Source of the DNA: Klebsiella phage vB_KaeM_KaOmega
Direction: 5' to 3' (one strand)
DNA length: 64,000 nt
Sequence record: MN013077.1
Shown one piece after another: positions 59,049 through 64,000 of this stretch (the stretch's first letter is position 1; each line of letters begins with the position of its first letter). Under the pieces are notes generated by a model. It made no database searches and was not told the origin of the DNA. It saw only the letters and a program-made list of their open reading frames with translations. The translations under genes were made by a program, and so were the position numbers.

Positions 59049-60071
59049 TTATTTTGCAACATGGCCCGGAATTAACTGACGGTGCTGGATGAACCCCTTG
59101 AAGTTACCCGACCAGAAGTTACCGTCACGATCAACATGAGTGATCCCCTCTTCCCATGTCTCAACACACCAGAATACGTTTACTTGCTGCTGTCCATACT
59201 CGACGTCATCCCAAGTCTCTTCGATCTCTCGCGCCTGATGTTCGAAAGGAGAAGCATGGACCTTCTTCCCAGCAACCAGTCGGGTGTAGATGTCCAGAGC
59301 CTTGTCCTTGGTGCTATCCAGGCGGCGGTAGCTCACCTGACCACAACAAGAGGCAGAAATACGTAGCGCTTCTTCTTCGGTCAGCATTACCGGGCGATCA
59401 TTCTCGTCCAGAACGCAGTAACCTTCGAAGATATAGGCGTCACCCTCTGGACCGAAGCCGTACACGTGGTCAACATACGGTGTGTGCCATACACCCGCAG
59501 GAAGCAACTCCGGCTCAGAGTTCTCCAGTGCCTCCTTCATGAGGTTAGCCAGAACCTCGATCGTTGGGTCGGCGTCAGCATCGACACGAAGCCACAGGAA
59601 GTTTTCCATTTCCGTTGTGGTCATGACCGTCTTCATCATCTGGAACGGTTCGATCAGGCGATTAGCGATCTGTTTGTGATACCCCGCCTTATCCATCGCC
59701 AGTGCCACACGACCCATGACGGTTGCGGCATATTGCCAAGCCTCTCTTCCAAGTACCGGACCTGGAGCCTTAAACTCCTCTGGCATGATAACACGACCAT
59801 CATGCTCAAAACCTTTGTCCTGCATACCTGACTGATTGGCACCGAAACGAACTGGCATCGCCAAGTTGTTCTGCATCAATTCAACCATCTTTTTGATCGG
59901 CACGGCGCGGGATGACATCGCGTTGCGGCTGAACAGTCGGTGAGTCATAAACTCACTGTGGATGATACGGGGGTACGTCAGTTCAAACGTCGTGATACGC
60001 CCGCCACGCTGACCCACCGAATCCGCAATGATCTGAACTTCGATGTTTCCCTTGCTAAATACCTGACCCAT
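59049..60071 (-). CDS. thyX: flavin-dependent thymidylate synthase
   Basis: ThyX signature RHRxxSxNxxSxR present as THRLFSRNAMSSRA. Confidence 0.8.
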   Translation of the reverse strand: MGQVFSKGNIEVQIIADSVGQRGGRITTFELTYPRIIHSEFMTHRLFSRNAMSSRAVPIKKMVELMQNNLAMPVRFGANQSGMQDKGFEHDGRVIMPEEFKAPGPVLGREAWQYAATVMGRVALAMDKAGYHKQIANRLIEPFQMMKTVMTTTEMENFLWLRVDADADPTIEVLANLMKEALENSEPELLPAGVWHTPYVDHVYGFGPEGDAYIFEGYCVLDENDRPVMLTEEEALRISASCCGQVSYRRLDSTKDKALDIYTRLVAGKKVHASPFEHQAREIEETWDDVEYGQQQVNVFWCVETWEEGITHVDRDGNFWSGNFKGFIQHRQLIPGHVAK

Positions 60072-60086
60072 TAAAATCTCCTCTAA

Positions 60087-60308
60087 TTACTTCAACTTAC
60101 GCAATCGGTAAGGACCAACAATATTGTGCCGGACAGCAAGGTAGATGTCAAACATCTCCTTACACATGTCCTGAGTTACCCGGAAAGAGGTGAGGAGGTC
60201 TCCCTCCTCAGACCTCACCTCAACATGCTCGTCATAGCGAACGATGTATCGACCTTTTCCGCACCGCATTACAGGGTTTCCAGCAGCCACTCGGCAATCA
60301 CGTTCCAA
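60087..60308 (-). CDS. hypothetical protein
   Basis: 73 aa. Confidence 0.4.
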   Translation of the reverse strand: MERDCRVAAGNPVMRCGKGRYIVRYDEHVEVRSEEGDLLTSFRVTQDMCKEMFDIYLAVRHNIVGPYRLRKLK

Positions 60309-60880
60309 TCACTGGATACTAAATCGTATTGGGTACGAGGGGCCTCTTCCTGAGTGAACGGGGTGTCAAATTTTACCTTGATCACCTCGTCCGGGAACTG
60401 GTTCAGGAACTGGTGACGATCGTCGATGATTACGCCACCAGCCACGCCTGCTTTTACTTTTGTCGCATAAAACCCGCTGCCGTCAGAACCACCGTCCAGA
60501 TCCAAAAATGGGCACTGGCGCTTCAGGAAGCGTACTTTGCTGCTGAAGTGGCCCTTCTTGCAGTAAGATACGAACCTAATCGGGTGACCTGCCTCATGGA
60601 GGCGACGGACGGCATCAACTGCCCCCGGCAAAGGCTTCAATTTGTCGTAAAGATGCGGATCTTCCCAGAACTCATAAGGTTCAATGGCTTCCTTGCAGCG
60701 ATTAGGGAAATACTTGGACAGGTTGTAATTATACAATCCATTCTCGTAACGATCGCGCTGCATAGCGTCGCTATCTGGGTCACACTGATACACATCCGTC
60801 ATCCAGTCAAGCCAAGGCCAGCCGGAATCGACAAAGGTCAGGTCCACATCGATCAGGATCGGGGTCTTAGTGAATGACAT
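60269..60880 (-). CDS. HAD-family 5'(3')-deoxyribonucleotidase-like
   Basis: Start moved to MSFTKTPILIDVDLT at 60880 (AAGGGAG SD). Motif I DVDLT and motif IV VIIDDRHQ, as in NT5C/T5 Dmp-type nucleotidases. Confidence 0.55.
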   Translation of the reverse strand: MSFTKTPILIDVDLTFVDSGWPWLDWMTDVYQCDPDSDAMQRDRYENGLYNYNLSKYFPNRCKEAIEPYEFWEDPHLYDKLKPLPGAVDAVRRLHEAGHPIRFVSYCKKGHFSSKVRFLKRQCPFLDLDGGSDGSGFYATKVKAGVAGGVIIDDRHQFLNQFPDEVIKVKFDTPFTQEEAPRTQYDLVSSDWNVIAEWLLETL

Positions 60881-61526
60881 ACAGGTCGCTCCCTTTACAG
60901 TCTTGCACAAACTCACAAATCTTACGGACCGTTCCGTTAAGATCGCCTTCTTCGTTCAGAATATCAGTCTCGTACATCCGGAGATGTTCAGGAAACTCTT
61001 TCGCATAGATATATCGGCGAGAATCCCCATCGAAGTTGTACTCCGTACCATCTTTCTTGAGTCGGTGGATTCGGACAAGGAAATAATTGTCCGGGCCGAC
61101 CACATTCACAACCGGAATGGATTCCTCCAGAAACCCTCCGTCGCTAACCACAACTACCAGTTGCACACCTGCCGGGGTTTCATCCTTCAGCTTTTGCAAC
61201 TTGGCAGCGAAAGCCTTGCCAAACACATCGTTTCCGAAGGTTGGCTTCATGATATTCTCGGAGCAGTGGATCATCCAGTCACGAGGACTGACGTTCACGC
61301 CGTTGACCTGGAGATATGGGCACGGCTTCTCTTTGTACTCACGCTCGTAAAGAGCGAACCACAGCTTCCGGCTCAGGCCCGATGCCCGGATGGCGATATC
61401 GAACAGAAGCTCCTTGAACTCCATGTGGACGACCTCAAACCCCGGCGTATTGATGTAACTGTGGAGACCTTCGCACAATGCATCTTTGCCAGCGCCCGCC
61501 GGGGCGTTCAAATTAATCAGGATCAT
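60867..61526 (-). CDS. deoxynucleoside monophosphate kinase
   Basis: P-loop NLNAPAGAGKD at the N-terminus; size and architecture as T4 gp1/T5 Dnk. Confidence 0.55.
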   Translation of the reverse strand: MILINLNAPAGAGKDALCEGLHSYINTPGFEVVHMEFKELLFDIAIRASGLSRKLWFALYEREYKEKPCPYLQVNGVNVSPRDWMIHCSENIMKPTFGNDVFGKAFAAKLQKLKDETPAGVQLVVVVSDGGFLEESIPVVNVVGPDNYFLVRIHRLKKDGTEYNFDGDSRRYIYAKEFPEHLRMYETDILNEEGDLNGTVRKICEFVQDCKGSDLYVIH

Positions 61527-61831
61527 TAGTTCTCAAACTCCTCTCTGTACCAAGATGGCTTTTTAGCCAAATAACCATTAATCCGCTCAAGTTCATCAAG
61601 GACCGCACGGGCCTTACCTTCACTGGTGAATTTTCGGATTGTTTTCCAACCCTTCCTGTGAAGAGGACTACCAACATAAGGTTCACTTTCCACATACCGG
61701 AACTCCTGAACCTTATACTTAAAGAAGTAGGAAGTTGGGTCATAGAAGACACGATACTTGAACTGGTCCCCATTTTCCCTGTGCGCCTGCTTCTTGTCAA
61801 GCGCAGCTTTCATCTCTGCCGTAATAAACAT
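61526..61831 (-). CDS. hypothetical protein
   Basis: 101 aa. Confidence 0.45.
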   Translation of the reverse strand: MFITAEMKAALDKKQAHRENGDQFKYRVFYDPTSYFFKYKVQEFRYVESEPYVGSPLHRKGWKTIRKFTSEGKARAVLDELERINGYLAKKPSWYREEFEN

Positions 61832-61849
61832 GATCGTTTCTCCCTTTCC

Positions 61850-61878
61850 AAAAATAAAACCGCCCCGAAGGGCGGCTT
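61850..61878. terminator. bidirectional rho-independent terminator
   Basis: AAAATAAAA-CCGCCC-cgaa-GGGCGG-CTTT; downstream of the stop of 61882..62964. Confidence 0.65.
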
Positions 61879-61881
61879 TGA

Positions 61882-62964
61882 TTACAGAATGTTCGCCAGC
61901 GTTTTCTTCATCGCTGCCTTCTCACGAACGTTCTGTCGGTCACGGGCACAAGACCCGCATTCCTGACAACGGTACACCTTAAATTTGGACAGGAAGGTGT
62001 GGGCAGATTTGCCTTTTTCTTCCACCAAATCGTCGGAACCGCAGCGTACACATCGCATCACAGACTGATCCGGGTGGAACAGGGCAATGTTGGGGTGCTT
62101 ACGCATAAACGGACGAACGGTCAGGTACAGTTCTTCCAGTGTCGGGATATCCCCGATGTTGTACTCTTCCATTTCGTCGAATGCCGTAGGATCACCTTCC
62201 ACACAGCGACGCCACAGACCGAATCCTTCGTGAGACAACTTACGGCTGTCCAGTTCGAAGTAGTTACACGCCGCTTCCAGTGCATTGGAAGGCAGAGAAA
62301 ACGACTCCTTCAGTGCCGCCAGTGTGTCGATCGTGATGTATGGGCTTGGTGGTTGCATACCGTAATATGCGAAACGCTGGTTGGCCCAACCACGGTCGAA
62401 ACGGGCGTTGTGTGCAATGAAGATATCACACTCGTCAAGGACTTGCCAGAGATCCTGAATCAGTTTTTTATCTGATTGATGATCTCGTGCAAACTCTTCC
62501 GGGTAGTCGGTCAGTTTACGACTGAAGATGGACGGGTTGTGCAGCCACTTCCCGGCGAACGTCAGCATGTACGGCTCTTGAATAACCTGCTTCGGCGCGA
62601 TGAATTGCTTGAAGCGACCAAACGAATAGGCGATGCTCGGAGAGGTCTCGACATCACCAAGAAACACTTTGGCACCCGGGTTATTTTCCTTCACCTTTTC
62701 AATGAAGGTCTTTTGGATCTCAGCGACAGTCTTGCCGCTATTGACCTGTTGCTGCATGAAATCCGCATACTCGTCCGGAGTTGGGATGCTGTCGATCAGT
62801 TCCTGAACAGTGTCCAGATTACGTGCTTCCAGTTCACGCTTCAGCATGTTGCGTACAGTTGACTCTTGAGATTCCTTGCCCAGTTGACGGGCCACCTCAC
62901 GTTGGGACAACCCACCCTTCATCAGAGCCATAACCTGTTCAACAGTAAAAGTCACATTAGCCAA
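61882..62964 (-). CDS. DnaQ-like (DEDDh) 3'-5' exonuclease with N-terminal HTH and C-terminal zinc ribbon
   Basis: Exo motifs FLGDVETSP and IAHNARFD; N-terminal GLSQREVARQLG; C-terminal CVRCGSDD...CQECGSC. Confidence 0.55.
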   Translation of the reverse strand: MANVTFTVEQVMALMKGGLSQREVARQLGKESQESTVRNMLKRELEARNLDTVQELIDSIPTPDEYADFMQQQVNSGKTVAEIQKTFIEKVKENNPGAKVFLGDVETSPSIAYSFGRFKQFIAPKQVIQEPYMLTFAGKWLHNPSIFSRKLTDYPEEFARDHQSDKKLIQDLWQVLDECDIFIAHNARFDRGWANQRFAYYGMQPPSPYITIDTLAALKESFSLPSNALEAACNYFELDSRKLSHEGFGLWRRCVEGDPTAFDEMEEYNIGDIPTLEELYLTVRPFMRKHPNIALFHPDQSVMRCVRCGSDDLVEEKGKSAHTFLSKFKVYRCQECGSCARDRQNVREKAAMKKTLANIL

Positions 62965-62978
62965 AATTAATCTCCCGA

Positions 62979-63242
62979 TTACTTACAAAATTCGATAATG
63001 TCTACCACGGCGAAGTCACGAACATCGTCTTTATCGACATCGTGCGCCTTGATGAACCACTGAGCGCCTTTATGGTACTCACTTTCCCCGTACCAGAACA
63101 TTGGGGCACCCTTGATGGTTCGATAACCGCATTCACCTCTCCAGTTACGGTAGAAGAACCGAATGTTCGGGGCATCCAACCCCGCATACAGACTTCGATC
63201 GATCTTACTCATAAAGATAGTCTTCCTCCAATTTCCGGACAA
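62979..63242 (-). CDS. hypothetical protein
   Basis: 87 aa. Confidence 0.45.
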   Translation of the reverse strand: MSGNWRKTIFMSKIDRSLYAGLDAPNIRFFYRNWRGECGYRTIKGAPMFWYGESEYHKGAQWFIKAHDVDKDDVRDFAVVDIIEFCK

Positions 63243-63774
63243 ACTCAGTGACGTAGATGGTGATCATTACGCCCTTGTCCAGGTTCTCGTCAATAACGAT
63301 ACCGAAGTTCAGGTAGGCGTTACGGGCGATAGTTTCCTTTGTCCACCTCTTGAGTGACTTCTTCAAGTCGGCGACAATCTCTCCGTGGAACTTATGGTGG
63401 AGATAGTCCCTTTCAAGATAGTCTGCCAGTCTACGCAGAGTTTCACTCATTGTCAACCCTGTTTTTCCTTCCATGTGCTTAGACCACAACTTCTGGACTC
63501 CGCCCTCGAAAAGATTAAGAGTTGACCCAATGACCCCACGGCATTTTCCGTCGTAATGGTCATGGTCCAAACATGGGTCTGTCATCGGCTCCCGCAGGAT
63601 AGCACAAAGGCCACCCTGCTCCAAAAGGAGTTGATCCCTATAGGCCGCAATACTCTTCGACCCAGACACCCACTTATCCTTGCTCAAAGGTACACGAATC
63701 GGCGTTGTAGCCTTCACTTTAGCAGTGAAGCTGGGCTTCCTCGATCGCCTTCTTCTCCCTGTCCGTATTGCCAC
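63205..63774 (-). CDS. endonuclease VII-family Holliday junction resolvase
   Basis: GGLCAIL...PCLDHDHYDGKCRGVIGSTLN matches the EndoVII C..C...DHDH..G..RG signature. Confidence 0.7.
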   Translation of the reverse strand: MAIRTGRRRRSRKPSFTAKVKATTPIRVPLSKDKWVSGSKSIAAYRDQLLLEQGGLCAILREPMTDPCLDHDHYDGKCRGVIGSTLNLFEGGVQKLWSKHMEGKTGLTMSETLRRLADYLERDYLHHKFHGEIVADLKKSLKRWTKETIARNAYLNFGIVIDENLDKGVMITIYVTEFVRKLEEDYLYE

Positions 63775-63997
63775 TAATACCCTCCATCGTCAGAGCGAAA
63801 AGGAACTCCTCCCGGGTCGGGTTTTTGAAGTCCTCAAAATATCCCAGCATGGTCCGGCGGAACAGAGTAACAGGAAAGTCAAACTTATCCGACAGTGATC
63901 CGACATTTGTACCGACGCCTGTACTGGTCAGGGCAATATCTGAACCCAGCCCGTTCCTTATCCTCTCGTCGTTTTGCGTTAAGAGGAACATAGCCAT
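63719..63997 (-). CDS. hypothetical protein
   Basis: 92-aa track ORF starting 3 nt from the window end. Confidence 0.4.
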   Translation of the reverse strand: MAMFLLTQNDERIRNGLGSDIALTSTGVGTNVGSLSDKFDFPVTLFRRTMLGYFEDFKNPTREEFLFALTMEGISGNTDREKKAIEEAQLHC

Positions 63998-64000
63998 GCC

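Noticed and set aside
55963-60071. Intein or homing-endonuclease insertion in nrdA, nrdB or thyX
   Set aside because: NrdA (752 aa) and NrdB (365 aa) are collinear with E. coli proteins in length. ThyX is somewhat long at 340 aa, but no HNH/LAGLIDADG motifs or abrupt composition breaks were seen.

Overview
The window reads as the early/metabolic region of a T5-like (Demerecviridae-type) lytic phage. The T5-type assignment rests on an M15 L-alanyl-D-glutamate endolysin close to T5 Lys and on the T5-like gene set and order (PhoH, Grx, NrdB, NrdA, ThyX, dNMP kinase, HAD 5'-nucleotidase, endonuclease VII).

Layout of the window:
- 1-4.3 kb: a leftward (minus-strand) block of small genes.
- 4.4-15.4 kb: a rightward block. 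It contains an HD-domain small alarmone hydrolase, a YgiB-like lipoprotein, and a MoxR AAA+ ATPase paired with a VWA/metallopeptidase-like protein.
- 15.4-16.3 kb: a repeat-rich noncoding region.
- 16.3-28.4 kb: an array of about 36 small plus-strand ORFs. Almost every ORF sits behind a copy of one stereotyped sigma70 promoter whose 17-18 nt spacer is a GC hairpin (TTGACG-GGGGCC..GGCCCC-ATAAT). The cassettes share conserved 5' leaders and translation-initiation regions (PeSL-like regulatory cassettes).
- 28.4-29.9 kb: a 1.5 kb structured noncoding region that looks like an origin (iterons, an 18-bp perfect inverted repeat, direct repeats).
- 29.9-64 kb: a long leftward block. It contains a tandem paralog family, an RCC1-repeat protein, MazG, a Pol-beta-type nucleotidyltransferase, a PTH2-like protein, CCA-adding enzyme, an NPPY methyltransferase, ClpP-like protease, a SLOG/DprA-like protein, PhoH, endolysin, Grx, NrdB, NrdA (TTG start), ThyX, nucleotidase, dNMP kinase, a DnaQ-like exonuclease and endonuclease VII.

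I recognised no tRNA genes or CRISPR arrays. Several CDS starts were moved to Met/GTG codons that have Shine-Dalgarno support; coordinates of promoters, terminators and repeats are read by eye and good to +/-2 nt. Most small-ORF functions are unknown.
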